Below, one piece after another: positions 47,584 to 58,752 of a stretch of 64,000 nt of DNA. The DNA is from Minisyncoccota bacterium (GTDB lineage Bacteria > Patescibacteriota > Minisyncoccia > Phycocordibacterales > PALSA-1337): NCBI GenBank assembly GCA_041663145.1, contig JBAZRG010000001.1:74467-138466 (forward strand). The letters run 5' to 3'. Made by a program: the position numbers and the translations under genes. Under the pieces are notes generated by a model. It was not told the origin of the DNA and did no database searches. It saw nothing but the letters and a program-made list of their open reading frames with translations. The first letter of the stretch is position 1; each line of letters opens with the position of its first letter.

Positions 47584-48291
47584 ATGGATACCACGAATGA
47601 ATTAAAGAATCTGTCCCATCACTCTTTTTGTTTGATTGGCGGAGATGCGATATGGGATGAACTTAGACTATTTCTCGATAAGGAACATAGTTTGAAGATG
47701 ATCGGCAATCCTGATTATTTTTACAGGCATTATGAGAGTTTGTCGATAGATGATGCTCGCGAGATAAAAACAGCACACTCTATGCGGCCGACTTCTATGC
47801 TAGGGAAGAAGGTTTTTGTTATAAAAATGAATGCCATAACAATCGAAGCCCAGAATGCTCTACTCAAATTACTTGAAGAACCGGCTGAATATGCCTATTT
47901 CTTCCTCATCATTCCCGGAGAACATTTATTGTTACCTACGGTAAAATCTAGACTCTCATTTATTCGATCGAAAATATCAAGAAGACAGGACGAAGGAGAC
48001 AACTCGACTGCTTCTGATACTTCATCATTGGAAATAAAAAACTTTGTGAAAGGAACATATGTCAAACGTCTGGATATCGTAAAAAAATTGTTAGATCAGA
48101 TCACCAAAGAAAAAAAGACCAAACAAGATGCTATAGATTTTCTAGATGGAGTGCAATCGTTCATTTACAATGAAAAAAATGATAAAAAACGAAACGAATC
48201 ATTGACGATCATAGAAAACGCAAGAAAATATATGAACGATCGATCTCCGTCAATCAAAATTCTACTCGAGTACGTTGCTGTCAATTTGTGA
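47584..48291 (+). CDS. holB: DNA polymerase III delta'-like subunit
   Basis: 'AQNALLKLLEEP', 'LLPTVKSR'. Confidence 0.75.
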   Translation: MDTTNELKNLSHHSFCLIGGDAIWDELRLFLDKEHSLKMIGNPDYFYRHYESLSIDDAREIKTAHSMRPTSMLGKKVFVIKMNAITIEAQNALLKLLEEPAEYAYFFLIIPGEHLLLPTVKSRLSFIRSKISRRQDEGDNSTASDTSSLEIKNFVKGTYVKRLDIVKKLLDQITKEKKTKQDAIDFLDGVQSFIYNEKNDKKRNESLTIIENARKYMNDRSPSIKILLEYVAVNL

Positions 48292-48350
48292 TATAATCGA
48301 CAGTAATAGAGTATTAGTGGCCGGATTCTTATTCATCTAAATATAAAAAT

Positions 48351-48902
48351 ATGGCATACGATTTCAATCCGCTAAAAAAACAATTATCCGGTGTCGATGA
48401 ATGGCTGAAAAAGGAATTTTCGACTATTAGAACCGGTATGGCTTCTCCACAGATCTTGGACGGTGTTCGAGTAGAGATTTATGGTGCCCCAATGTCTATA
48501 AAAGAGCTCGGCAGTGTCATGATCGAAGGTGCTCGAACTCTTCGAGTTACACCTTGGGACAAAAGTCAGGTGAAAAGTATTGAAAAAGCTATCACAGTCG
48601 CCAATCTCGGAGTTTCCGTAATCGTTGATGATCAGGGACTTCGAGTGATTTTCCCAGAACTGACCGAGGATAGACGAAAAGATATCGTAAAGGTTGCCAA
48701 GGAAAAAGTTGAAGAAGGTAAAAAACAGATTCGCCAACATCGTGAAGCTGTGATCAGAGATCTAGATAGTCAGGAAAAAACCGGTGGCATGGGTAAGGAT
48801 GATGTCTTTCGTTTGAAACATGAAACTCAAAAAATCGTTGATGAGGCCGTCAAAAAAACCGATGAAACATTTACTAGAAAGGAAAAAGAAATACTCGGTT
48901 AA
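48351..48902 (+). CDS. frr: Ribosome recycling factor
   Basis: 'IRTGMASP', 'PELTEDRRKDIVK', 'KEKEIL'. Confidence 0.95.
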   Translation: MAYDFNPLKKQLSGVDEWLKKEFSTIRTGMASPQILDGVRVEIYGAPMSIKELGSVMIEGARTLRVTPWDKSQVKSIEKAITVANLGVSVIVDDQGLRVIFPELTEDRRKDIVKVAKEKVEEGKKQIRQHREAVIRDLDSQEKTGGMGKDDVFRLKHETQKIVDEAVKKTDETFTRKEKEILG

Positions 48903-48911
48903 TATAAATAA

Positions 48912-50021
48912 ATGATAACAGTTGTAATATTCCTTGCTGTCCTCGCAATACTTATATTTGTTCATGAATTGGGCCATTTTCTATTGGCTAGGATGAACGG
49001 TATCAGGGTAGATGCATTCAAGATCGGCTTTGGTCCGAGAATACTTTCCTGGGTGCGAGGAGAAACAGAATACGGTCTAAATCTCATACCATTTGGTGGA
49101 TATGTGAAGATTCATGGAGAGGATCCGGATGAGGAGTCGCTGACTGGTGTGGATAAAGAACGCAGTTTTGCAAATAAAAATCGCTTGCGTCAGGCGACGG
49201 TACTCGTTGCTGGAGTTTTCTTTAATTTTATTTTTGCTTGTCTACTGTACATCATCATATTCGCTTCAGGTGTGACTGTTGCTGGTGACGTATTCCCAAA
49301 TTATGCTGAGCATCAATATGACCCCAGAGTACTCATCACTCACATAGAACCAGGATCACCAGCTGAAGATTCAGGTCTTATAGTAGGCGATACTATTGTA
49401 GGTGTTGGAAATCTAAATAAAGAGCCAGCCGAAAATATTTCAAAAATAGAAACTATTCAAAATAATATAAATGACAGTGCTGGTAAAGATACACAATTTA
49501 CATATAGTCGTAATGGACAGGATTATTCCGTAAATGTGATACCGATAAACAGTATAGTCGAAGGAAAATACGCAATCGGCATCACCATGAGTGATGTTGT
49601 AGATATGCGATTGCCGATATTATCGTCTATTTATGAAGGATTCCGTTATACCGGTATTATGATTTGGCAGACAACTGTCGGACTCATTTCATTTTTCGCT
49701 GACATATTCCGTGGACAAGCCGACTTTGCAACTGTCACAGGTCCTATAGGTATTGCAGGCATCGTTGGCGATGCCGCTTCGATGGGAATCATAGAGCTTC
49801 TAATGATCACGGCTATCATCTCCATAAATCTCGGTGTGATAAATCTATTGCCATTTCCGGCATTGGATGGTGGGAGACTACTATTTGTCATTATCGAAGG
49901 TGTCATACGCCGACGAATACCATCTAAGTTCACAAATATCGTAAACACGGTTGGCTTTGTACTCCTTATGATACTTATGCTCATAGTTACTTATAAGGAT
50001 ATATTCAAATTGTTGAAATAG
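48912..50021 (+). CDS. rseP: RIP metalloprotease RseP (M50 + PDZ)
   Basis: 'HELGH', 'PFGGYVKI', 'NLLPFPALDGG'. Confidence 0.95.
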   Translation: MITVVIFLAVLAILIFVHELGHFLLARMNGIRVDAFKIGFGPRILSWVRGETEYGLNLIPFGGYVKIHGEDPDEESLTGVDKERSFANKNRLRQATVLVAGVFFNFIFACLLYIIIFASGVTVAGDVFPNYAEHQYDPRVLITHIEPGSPAEDSGLIVGDTIVGVGNLNKEPAENISKIETIQNNINDSAGKDTQFTYSRNGQDYSVNVIPINSIVEGKYAIGITMSDVVDMRLPILSSIYEGFRYTGIMIWQTTVGLISFFADIFRGQADFATVTGPIGIAGIVGDAASMGIIELLMITAIISINLGVINLLPFPALDGGRLLFVIIEGVIRRRIPSKFTNIVNTVGFVLLMILMLIVTYKDIFKLLK

Positions 50022-50071
50022 TGAGAAGACCAGGCATTGATTAAGAGGGTGTTTATCGGTAATATATTGTC

Positions 50072-51310
50072 ATGAAGCAAACAGAATTATTCACAAAAAC
50101 TCGCCGGGAAGCACCGAGCGATGAAGTTGCCAAGAATGCGCAATTGTTGATCCGAGCCGGTTTTATCCACAAGGAGATGGCTGGTGTGTATTCTTATTTA
50201 CCTCTAGGTTTACGTACGTTAAATAAGATCATCGGCATTATACGTGAAGAGATGAATGCTATCGGAGGACAAGAAGTTCACCTATCCGCTCTTCAAGACA
50301 AAAAATCATGGGATGCCTCGGGCAGATGGGATGATTCTGTCATCGATATTTGGTTCAAGACAAAACTCCGAAATGGCAGTGAGGTTGGTCTGAGTTTTAC
50401 TCATGAAGAACCTCTAACAGCTCTTATGCGAGATCATATAAGTTCATTTAGAGATTTACCGCGAGCCGTATATCAATTTCAAACAAAATTTCGAAATGAA
50501 GAACGAGCCAAGTCCGGCATACTTCGCGGTCGGGAGTTTTTGATGAAGGATTTGTATTCATTCAATGTCGATGAAGAAAGTCATCAGAAGTTTTATGAAA
50601 AAGCCAAACAGGCTTATATACGCATATTCGACAGAGTCGGTCTCGGCAATGAAACATATCCAACTTTTGCAAGTGGTGGATCGTTCTCAAAATATTCACA
50701 TGAATTTCAAACTCTGACTGGTGCGGGAGAAGATACTATATTTGTAGATGAAAAAAAGAAGATCGCGGTCAATAAAGAAGTGATGAATGATCAAGTTCTA
50801 GCCGATCTGGGTATTTCTAGAGAAGATCTTGTCGAAAAGAAAGCTGTTGAAGTCGGTAATATATTTAGTCTGGGAACTAAATTTTCCGAACCATTGCATC
50901 TGACATACAAAGACGCATCCGGTGTTGTCGTACCGGTAGTTATGGGTAGCTATGGTATCGGACCGGGCAGAGTGATGGGTACGATCGCCGAGATCAAAGC
51001 TGATGAGCGAGGTCTAGTCTGGCCGGAATCAGTTGCTCCATTTGCGATTCATCTTGTGGCATTGTTTGGCGACAATGAAGAGGTTCGAAATACGGCAAAT
51101 AAACTCTACGAATCTCTGATCGCCAAAGGGAAGGACGTTCTCTATGATGACAGGGAAACCAGTGCCGGTGATAAGTTTGGCGATTCGGACCTGATCGGAA
51201 TACCAACTCGCTATGTTATCAGTGCAAAAACTTTAAAAAATGCTGAGATCGAAGTCAAAGATAGGTTGACTGGCAATGTGACGATGAATCCTATTTCGGA
51301 GGTTATGTAA
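50072..51310 (+). CDS. proS: Proline--tRNA ligase (short, no editing domain)
   Basis: 'THEE', 'KFRNEERAKSGILRGREFLMKDLYSF', 'EVGNIF.LG', 'MGSYGIG'. Confidence 0.95.
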   Translation: MKQTELFTKTRREAPSDEVAKNAQLLIRAGFIHKEMAGVYSYLPLGLRTLNKIIGIIREEMNAIGGQEVHLSALQDKKSWDASGRWDDSVIDIWFKTKLRNGSEVGLSFTHEEPLTALMRDHISSFRDLPRAVYQFQTKFRNEERAKSGILRGREFLMKDLYSFNVDEESHQKFYEKAKQAYIRIFDRVGLGNETYPTFASGGSFSKYSHEFQTLTGAGEDTIFVDEKKKIAVNKEVMNDQVLADLGISREDLVEKKAVEVGNIFSLGTKFSEPLHLTYKDASGVVVPVVMGSYGIGPGRVMGTIAEIKADERGLVWPESVAPFAIHLVALFGDNEEVRNTANKLYESLIAKGKDVLYDDRETSAGDKFGDSDLIGIPTRYVISAKTLKNAEIEVKDRLTGNVTMNPISEVM

Positions 51311-51475
51311 TAATTTCTAATTAATATTCGTGGATGCTTAAGTGGCGCAATTGATTGTTGAACTCTGGAACTACCATGTTGACTGTTTGACAAAGTCATG
51401 ATAGTACAGTTATGGTCATTAGCTCTTCGAAATAACTCGACAGAGCCGATCTATAATACAGAAAGGTTAGTCGTC

Positions 51476-52510
51476 ATGAAGATAACAAGTAAGACAAGAC
51501 GGATACTGGCCCCCCTGTCAATTCACAGGAGTCAGTTAATGAACAAATGTGCCACTCCGGCGAAGATGAACATTGGTGGTGGATGGTCAGGTGATCCAAA
51601 CACACCAATAATATCGCACGCCGACTTCGTTGCTGACGCAGTATTGCCAGCACTTGAAGCGGCCTGTACACGTTTTGGTCAGGAACAAGTCGCGGCTGAA
51701 ATTGTAGATGTGACACTTCCTATATACGAACGGGAAGTGCTATATGTACATGGCAAGGCCGAGATGCCGAGCGGTGAAGCTGCCGCCTTTCTGTCATGTA
51801 CATTGCGTGGTGGAGACGAACGGGGAAACATATCAGCGAATGTTGTAAATCCCTTGCTTGCAAAGAAATACGGCATCAAGCGTGTTTTTGGACCGATCTC
51901 AGAGTTAGGGATTGTCCATCAAACAACAAGGGTCTTTGAACCGGCAAAGTTTTTCCATCACCACGCCTGTAGAATGGGTGAAGTGGTCGATAACTTCAGT
52001 GAAGCTGACTATCTCGCCTACATTAAAGTGTGCGAGAATCTTCTCAAGCACGGCGTTTACGACTGGAGCATTGAAAATAATCCCGAGCAATGGGGAATGC
52101 TTCGTCCATCGATTCGACTTTACGGCATGTCGGCCGTACTTACACCAATTGCACAGGCGATGATCGATATCGCTCATCTACCTGGCACAAAGGAAGTGAA
52201 GTATCAATACTCCATGATGTGTTTGACGATTTATGGTCTGTACCCGATCATGATGCCTAGGGTTCGAAAAAACGGCGTCGATGAGATCAGCAAAATGCTC
52301 CAACCCATTACCGATTTCGTCCTGGGGTTGTCAAAAGAAGGTGTATTCATGGATAAGGACAGAAATAACTTTTACGAAGAACGCCAGTTCTTCAGATCGC
52401 TCGGGAACGATTACATCGACGACATCAGAGAGAAGGGTATTCAACAGGCTCTCAAAGAGTTACGATGTTATTGGCTCAAACGGTTGACAAAAAATAAGAA
52501 CAAGTCGTAG
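51476..52510 (+). CDS. Hypothetical protein (344 aa)
   Basis: Long ORF, GAAAGG RBS, TTGACA promoter at 51386, terminator CGGTTACCA/TGGTAACCG. Confidence 0.75.
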   Translation: MKITSKTRRILAPLSIHRSQLMNKCATPAKMNIGGGWSGDPNTPIISHADFVADAVLPALEAACTRFGQEQVAAEIVDVTLPIYEREVLYVHGKAEMPSGEAAAFLSCTLRGGDERGNISANVVNPLLAKKYGIKRVFGPISELGIVHQTTRVFEPAKFFHHHACRMGEVVDNFSEADYLAYIKVCENLLKHGVYDWSIENNPEQWGMLRPSIRLYGMSAVLTPIAQAMIDIAHLPGTKEVKYQYSMMCLTIYGLYPIMMPRVRKNGVDEISKMLQPITDFVLGLSKEGVFMDKDRNNFYEERQFFRSLGNDYIDDIREKGIQQALKELRCYWLKRLTKNKNKS

Positions 52511-52653
52511 GCTTTGCAACAGTTCAGTATCGTTTCAAACACGGTTACCAATAATGGTAACCGCGTTTTTATTCTGTGTCGACCGTTTTATTTTGGTGAA
52601 AAATTACAATGCATACATTGACTGAATCTTCGTTTTCGTAGTACAATACCGCC

Positions 52654-55332
52654 ATGCCTCCACTTCAGAAACTAACTACAAAAGCTAGAGAAGCCTTGCG
52701 CAGAGCCCATGAATTGGCTATTGAACGCGGACAAAATCACGTAAATCCGGTGCATTTATTGTGCGCCCTTATTTTGCAAGAAGAGAGTATGGTTGCTTCT
52801 ATTCTAGATCGAATGGAAGTCGACACTCCGATGCTCACAGATGTCGTATTGGAGCATATCGAAGCTCCTGAAGGCTCTAACGTCCTTTCACCATCGTATC
52901 AGATATACCTCACACCTGACCTTGCCCAGATTCTCGATAATTCAGTAAAAGTAGCGGCAAGTCTCAAAGATGAATTTATTTCTACAGAACATTTATTCTT
53001 GTCCATTTTTGATATACCATGCATGGCTCGTGATATTTTGGCTCGATTTAAGATAGAGAAGGAAGCTGTGACAAAAATCATTACCGAATTGAAATCAAAT
53101 CCACCATCGAAAGACGCAGAACCAAAGAAGTTTAGGACTCTGCTCAAATACGCCAGATCTCTCACCAAACTTGCTCGTGAAAATAAGCTGGATCCGGTGA
53201 TAGGACGTGATGCAGAAATCATGCGCATCATCCAGATTCTTTCCAGACGCACAAAAAACAATCCGATTCTGATCGGTGAAGCCGGTGTCGGTAAAACGGC
53301 GATCGTCGAAGGTTTGGCTTTGCGAATGGCTCAAGGCGATATTCCGGAATCGTTACGCGACAAAGAACTAGTCTCACTTGATCTAGGTTCGCTTATTGCT
53401 GGTACGAAATATCGTGGTGAATTTGAGGAAAGACTGAAAAATATTTTGAAAGAAGTAGAACGTTCTGATGGCAAAATCATTCTATTCGTTGATGAGATAC
53501 ACACTCTAGTTGGAGCCGGAGCATCGGAAGGATCAATGGACGCCTCGAATATGCTCAAACCTGCCTTGGCCAGAGGTGAACTCCGAGCCATAGGAGCAAC
53601 AACCATAAAGGAGTATCAAAAATACATCGAAAAAGATCCGGCTTTGACACGAAGGTTCCAACCGGTGTTTGTGAATGAACCTTCTCAAGATGACGCTGTT
53701 TCCATTTTACGTGGACTGAAAGAAAAATATGAACTATTTCATGGTGTGCGAATCACTGACGATGCGATCATGGCCGCGGTCAATCTTTCCAGTCGTTACA
53801 TAGCGGACAGATTCCTGCCTGACAAAGTCGTCGATCTCATAGATGAAGCTTCGTCTTCGTTGCGCATTTCACTTGAAAATATGCCTCCGGAACTCGAGGA
53901 GACGAGGAGAAAGATCATGCGACTAGAGATCGAACGTGAGGCTCTCAAAAAAGAGACTGATAAAGTTGCAAAACAACGTCTGAGTAAGATCGAAGAAGAA
54001 ATAGCAAATCTCAAAGAAGGTACTTCCGAACTCGAACTCAAATGGAAAAATGAAAAAGAAACCATTGCCGATATCAAACGTCTAAAAACGGAGATCGAGG
54101 CATTGCGCATTGAAGGTGAAGGAGCCGAGGCGCGTGCTGATCTAGCAAAAGCCGCCGAGATTCGCTATGGCAAATTACCTCAAATCGAAAAAGAGCTGGA
54201 ACAGAAAAATCGCCGACTAAAGAAACTGCAATCTTCTAGGCGCATCTTGAAGGAAGAGATCAATTCTGAAGACATAGCAGGTGTTGTATCGCGCTGGACA
54301 GGTATACCAGTCTCGCGCATGTTGGAGTCTGAAGCAAAGAAATTGACTCGCATGGAAGAAGAATTGGAAAAGAGAATAGTTGGTCAAAGTGAAGCAGTAA
54401 AGAAGATTTCGGATACGATCAGGAGATCGAGAGCCGGCGTAGCTGATCCAAATCGTCCGATCGGTTCATTCATCTTTCTTGGACCTACTGGTGTCGGAAA
54501 AACCGAGCTCACCAAGGCTTTGGCTGAATTCCTATTCAACGACGAACGATCTCTCATACGAGTCGATATGTCGGAGTTCATGGAAAAACATTCTGTATCA
54601 AAACTTATTGGCGCGCCTCCTGGCTATGTCGGTTACGACGAATCTGGAGGTCTTACAGAATCCGTAAGACATCGACCGTACTCCGTAATACTTTTTGATG
54701 AAATCGAAAAGGCGCATCCAGAAGTATTCAACGTGCTTTTACAAGTTCTGGACAATGGCCGACTCACGGATTCGAAGGGGCGTGTGGTAAATTTCAGAAA
54801 TACAGTCATAATCATGACATCGAATATCGGTGCTCAACATATCGAACGAATGGAGAAATTTGGTTTCTCCCGCAATAGCGACGATCATGACCGAGAGAAC
54901 TATGTCGAAGCCAAAAATAAGATCAATAACACGCTTAAGGACTACTTCCGTCCGGAATTTTTGAATCGCCTCGACGACATCATCATCTTTGATATTTTGT
55001 CCGAAGAGGCAATAAGAAAGATTGTTGATATTCAGGTTACTCAAGTCACGAAGCGTCTCTCCGATAAACAGATCGAACTTTCTCTCATGCCGGCTGTTTA
55101 CGAATATCTAAGCAAACAAGGTTACAATCCACAGTATGGAGCACGTCCACTCAAACGCTTGATACAAAATATGATTCTAAATCCTGTAGCTAATATGCTC
55201 ATCGGTCAAGAAGTGGCTAAAGGCGGACAGATCGTAGTCGATTATCGAAATGAAAAATTCACTTTTGAGGTTCGCAAGAAGAAGCGCGGTGAGAGTCCTA
55301 TTATTGTCCGCGACATAATGATGCAGAAGTAG
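52654..55332 (+). CDS. clpB: ATP-dependent chaperone ClpB
   Basis: Clp-N domain, two AAA+ modules ([16 protein letters not shown]), long middle coiled coil. Confidence 0.93.
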   Translation: MPPLQKLTTKAREALRRAHELAIERGQNHVNPVHLLCALILQEESMVASILDRMEVDTPMLTDVVLEHIEAPEGSNVLSPSYQIYLTPDLAQILDNSVKVAASLKDEFISTEHLFLSIFDIPCMARDILARFKIEKEAVTKIITELKSNPPSKDAEPKKFRTLLKYARSLTKLARENKLDPVIGRDAEIMRIIQILSRRTKNNPILIGEAGVGKTAIVEGLALRMAQGDIPESLRDKELVSLDLGSLIAGTKYRGEFEERLKNILKEVERSDGKIILFVDEIHTLVGAGASEGSMDASNMLKPALARGELRAIGATTIKEYQKYIEKDPALTRRFQPVFVNEPSQDDAVSILRGLKEKYELFHGVRITDDAIMAAVNLSSRYIADRFLPDKVVDLIDEASSSLRISLENMPPELEETRRKIMRLEIEREALKKETDKVAKQRLSKIEEEIANLKEGTSELELKWKNEKETIADIKRLKTEIEALRIEGEGAEARADLAKAAEIRYGKLPQIEKELEQKNRRLKKLQSSRRILKEEINSEDIAGVVSRWTGIPVSRMLESEAKKLTRMEEELEKRIVGQSEAVKKISDTIRRSRAGVADPNRPIGSFIFLGPTGVGKTELTKALAEFLFNDERSLIRVDMSEFMEKHSVSKLIGAPPGYVGYDESGGLTESVRHRPYSVILFDEIEKAHPEVFNVLLQVLDNGRLTDSKGRVVNFRNTVIIMTSNIGAQHIERMEKFGFSRNSDDHDRENYVEAKNKINNTLKDYFRPEFLNRLDDIIIFDILSEEAIRKIVDIQVTQVTKRLSDKQIELSLMPAVYEYLSKQGYNPQYGARPLKRLIQNMILNPVANMLIGQEVAKGGQIVVDYRNEKFTFEVRKKKRGESPIIVRDIMMQK

Positions 55333-55354
55333 TCTAAGGAATTCATCTTTAGTG

Positions 55355-55538
55355 CACGTGACCCCCAACATAATGTTCCCGCCACAATCCTGCCCAGTAG
55401 GCGATCGTGCTCGATCGCGTAATCGCTTCTCAAATTACAACCGTGTTTGGTTCCAAGGCTTCACCAAACACGGGTAATTTATCGAAGCTCAATCGCATAC
55501 TCGGATTGTTCTGGGAACATTATGTTGGGGGTCACGTG
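55355..55538. repeat. Palindromic element, second copy of 42855-43002 with a ~28 bp insertion
   Basis: Arms CACGTGACCCCCAACATAATGTTCCC / GGGAACATTATGTTGGGGGTCACGTG. Confidence 0.9.
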
Positions 55539-55562
55539 TAGCACGAAAAGAGCGTGATTTAC

Positions 55563-55733
55563 ACAGACAAGACCTAACATCTGTCTTTTTCTTCCGAGAA
55601 TAATCTGCGAAACAATATACCAATACATTTTCCAAAGGACTCGCGAATCCTTGTAGCGAGTCCTTTGTGAAAATGTTGGTATATTGTGAGCAGAGTTCGA
55701 GGATGAAAAAGACAGATGTTAGGTCTTGTCTGT
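55563..55733. repeat. 171 bp palindromic element upstream of uvrA
   Basis: 28 bp perfect arms ACAGACAAGACCTAACATCTGTCTTTTT / AAAAAGACAGATGTTAGGTCTTGTCTGT with a nested inner stem. Confidence 0.9.
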
Positions 55734-55779
55734 AAATTTACTTGTCGAATTAGTAAAATTGTGCTACTATCCGCCCACT

Positions 55780-58446
55780 ATGTCCGGACAAAAGCGTCAT
55801 CAAATAGAGGTTAAAGAGAACTCTCGTATAGGTCACGACAAAATCGTGGTCAAGGGAGCGCGTACCCACAATCTCCGAAATATCACAGTAGAGATGCCTA
55901 GAAATGCAATGATTGCAGTTACCGGACTCTCTGGTTCCGGAAAATCATCATTGGCATTCGATACCATATTTGCTGAAGGACAGAGACGTTACGTCGAATC
56001 ACTTTCCGCATATGCTCGTCAATTTCTCCATAAGATGCAAAAGCCGGATGTCGATGAGATCATTGGACTGTCGCCGGCTATTTCCATCGATCAAAAATCG
56101 AGATCAAACAATCCTCGATCGACAGTAGCAACTATCACTGAGATATACGACTATATGCGCGTGCTTTTTGCTCGAGTCGGAAAACCACACTGTCTCGTAT
56201 GTGGTCGCGCCATACATCGCATATCGAAAGAAGAAATCCTGAATACTATTCTAAATACGGTAAATACAAAAACTGGTAAAGCAAAAAAAGTGTTCGGTGT
56301 GGAGATACGTCAAGCTAAAATTCAGATTTATGCGCCGATCGTAGTCGGTCGAAAGGGTGAATACTATCAGATGCTATACGATCTATTGGGTAAAGGTTAT
56401 GATCGTGTGCGAATCGATGGAGTTGGATACAGACTGCGCGACCGAATTATTCTAGAAAAGAATCACAAACATGATATAGATATTTTAGTCGATGAAATAT
56501 TCCTGTCAGAATTTGAGGGAGCCGGAAAAGAAAACGCCAAAGAAAGATTGTCAGAATCGTTGGAGCAGGCGATAAGAGAGGCTGACGGTCTGATCAAGAT
56601 AGAATATCCAAAATCAGCACAGTCAGATGGTGGAAATAGCAAATCCTCATCCACTGAAGTAGATGGAAAACTGATGTCGGTCAAATTCATGTGCCCGTAC
56701 GATGGATTTTCATATCCGGAAGTTGAACCTCGACTGTTTTCTTTCAATTCTCCGTACGGAGCATGTCCTGAATGTAATGGTCTAGGCACGGAAAGTATTT
56801 TTTCCGAAAAACCTTGTCCGAAATGCAAAGGCGCTCGTCTGCGCGAAGAAGCTCTCAAGGTTATGATAGACAACAAAAATATTGTGGACATAACAAATAT
56901 GTCCATAGAAAAAGCCATTGTTTATTTTAAGGATATCTCTCTTTCCGATACTGAAAAAGAGATTGCCAAAGTCGTACTAAAGGAAATTTCATCCAGACTG
57001 TCATTTATGGTAAACGTCGGTATCGAATATCTGACTCTGGATCGGAGAGCCCATACACTTTCTGGAGGTGAAGCACAGCGCATCAGACTGGCATCTCAGC
57101 TTGGTTCAGGCCTGGTTGGCGCTCTCTATGTACTCGATGAACCGACGATCGGTCTCCACCAAAGAGACAATGATCGATTGATCCAGACATTGCTTCGTCT
57201 CCGAGATCTGGGCAATACTATAATAGTAGTGGAACACGATGAAGATACGATGTTTTCATCCGACTATATCATCGACATTGGTCCTGGCGCCGGAGTGGCA
57301 GGCGGTCGAGTGGTAGTTTCTGGTTATCTAGATGAATTGCTCACAGCCAAAACAAATCCTTCCAAATCGCTGACTTTGGCATATTTGCGCGGCGAAGAAT
57401 CTATCCCAGTACCTGTAAGAAGACGTGAACCAAAAGGAAAGATATCTATTCGAAACGGAAATGTTTTCAACATCAAAGATATGAATGTCGACATTCCATT
57501 GTCATCGTTGAATGTTATCACGGGTGTTTCCGGATCTGGTAAATCGTCTCTGATGTATGAAATTCTGTATAGAAATCTTGAAGCTCGTTTTGAACGCAGA
57601 AATAGAAGTGATGAGACGATAAATTGTAAAAGTTTTACTGGATCGGAGTATGTTGGAAGAGTGATTCTCATCGATCAGTCGCCGATCGGTAGAACACCGC
57701 GTTCAAATCCCGCCACCTATACCGGTGCTTGGACGCATATCCGTGATCTATTCGCCGCCGAATCAGAATCGAGAGCTAGAGGGTGGGGTGCCGGCAGATT
57801 TTCATTCAATAGACCCGGTGGCCGATGTGAGGCCTGTGAAGGTAATGGGGAAATAGCTGTTGAAATGCATTTTTTGCCGACCGTCTATGTGACGTGTGAT
57901 GTCTGTGGCGGTACTAGATTTACAAAAGAAACTCTCGATATCAAATTCCGAGGAAAAAATATTCACGAAGTTTTGGAATTGACTATAGAAGAAGGACTAA
58001 GTTTCTTTGCGGATATTCCGGCTGTTGAAGATAGATTGAAGACCCTGATCGATGTGGGACTAGGATATGTTCGACTGGGTCAATCCGCAACGACACTTTC
58101 GGGTGGTGAAGCGCAACGTGTAAAGATATCATCCGAGCTCTACAGAGCGCATTTGCAAAAAACCATATATCTTCTGGACGAACCAACAGTTGGACTTCAT
58201 TATGAAGATGTTCGAAAATTGATCGATATCCTTCAACAGTTGGTGAATAAGGGTAATACTGTAGTTGTTATAGAACACAATCTGGACCTGATAAAAAATG
58301 CCGATTACGTTATCGATATCGGACCTGAAGGAGGCGATCGAGGTGGAAAGATCGTGGCAAAAGGCACGCCCGAAGATGTTGCAAAAAGCGAGCTTAGTTA
58401 CACTGGAAAATATTTGAAGAAGTCACTGAAGACAAAAAAGCCATAG
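55780..58446 (+). CDS. uvrA: Excinuclease ABC subunit A
   Basis: '[26 protein letters not shown]', two 'LSGGEAQR' motifs, Zn fingers. Confidence 0.97.
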   Translation: MSGQKRHQIEVKENSRIGHDKIVVKGARTHNLRNITVEMPRNAMIAVTGLSGSGKSSLAFDTIFAEGQRRYVESLSAYARQFLHKMQKPDVDEIIGLSPAISIDQKSRSNNPRSTVATITEIYDYMRVLFARVGKPHCLVCGRAIHRISKEEILNTILNTVNTKTGKAKKVFGVEIRQAKIQIYAPIVVGRKGEYYQMLYDLLGKGYDRVRIDGVGYRLRDRIILEKNHKHDIDILVDEIFLSEFEGAGKENAKERLSESLEQAIREADGLIKIEYPKSAQSDGGNSKSSSTEVDGKLMSVKFMCPYDGFSYPEVEPRLFSFNSPYGACPECNGLGTESIFSEKPCPKCKGARLREEALKVMIDNKNIVDITNMSIEKAIVYFKDISLSDTEKEIAKVVLKEISSRLSFMVNVGIEYLTLDRRAHTLSGGEAQRIRLASQLGSGLVGALYVLDEPTIGLHQRDNDRLIQTLLRLRDLGNTIIVVEHDEDTMFSSDYIIDIGPGAGVAGGRVVVSGYLDELLTAKTNPSKSLTLAYLRGEESIPVPVRRREPKGKISIRNGNVFNIKDMNVDIPLSSLNVITGVSGSGKSSLMYEILYRNLEARFERRNRSDETINCKSFTGSEYVGRVILIDQSPIGRTPRSNPATYTGAWTHIRDLFAAESESRARGWGAGRFSFNRPGGRCEACEGNGEIAVEMHFLPTVYVTCDVCGGTRFTKETLDIKFRGKNIHEVLELTIEEGLSFFADIPAVEDRLKTLIDVGLGYVRLGQSATTLSGGEAQRVKISSELYRAHLQKTIYLLDEPTVGLHYEDVRKLIDILQQLVNKGNTVVVIEHNLDLIKNADYVIDIGPEGGDRGGKIVAKGTPEDVAKSELSYTGKYLKKSLKTKKP

Positions 58447-58752
58447 CGTAAGCTAAGGCATTGCAACTAGCAATAATAGGCCAAACTTGATCATAAGTGA
58501 CGAATTCTGTGAATGTAGCGTCGAGGCGGTCTAGTTAAAACAGTCAGAAGTTGAAATGTTCCAAGTATTAGGCAGCCTATTATGGTTACTATGAATGTGG
58601 CAATAAGTAGGAATGGGCCGACAAATTCTTTGTTCTTTAGCCTAGAATTACATTGTTCCAAAATAACATATTCGTTCATATTTCCTTGTATGTTGGCAGT
58701 TTGAATCGAAAGATCATTGCGTTATTTCCATAATTACAATACTCTTAAAATA

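Noticed and set aside
58491-58679. 62 aa minus-strand ORF with one hydrophobic helix
   Set aside because: Possible small membrane protein, but too short and lacking supporting signals to call
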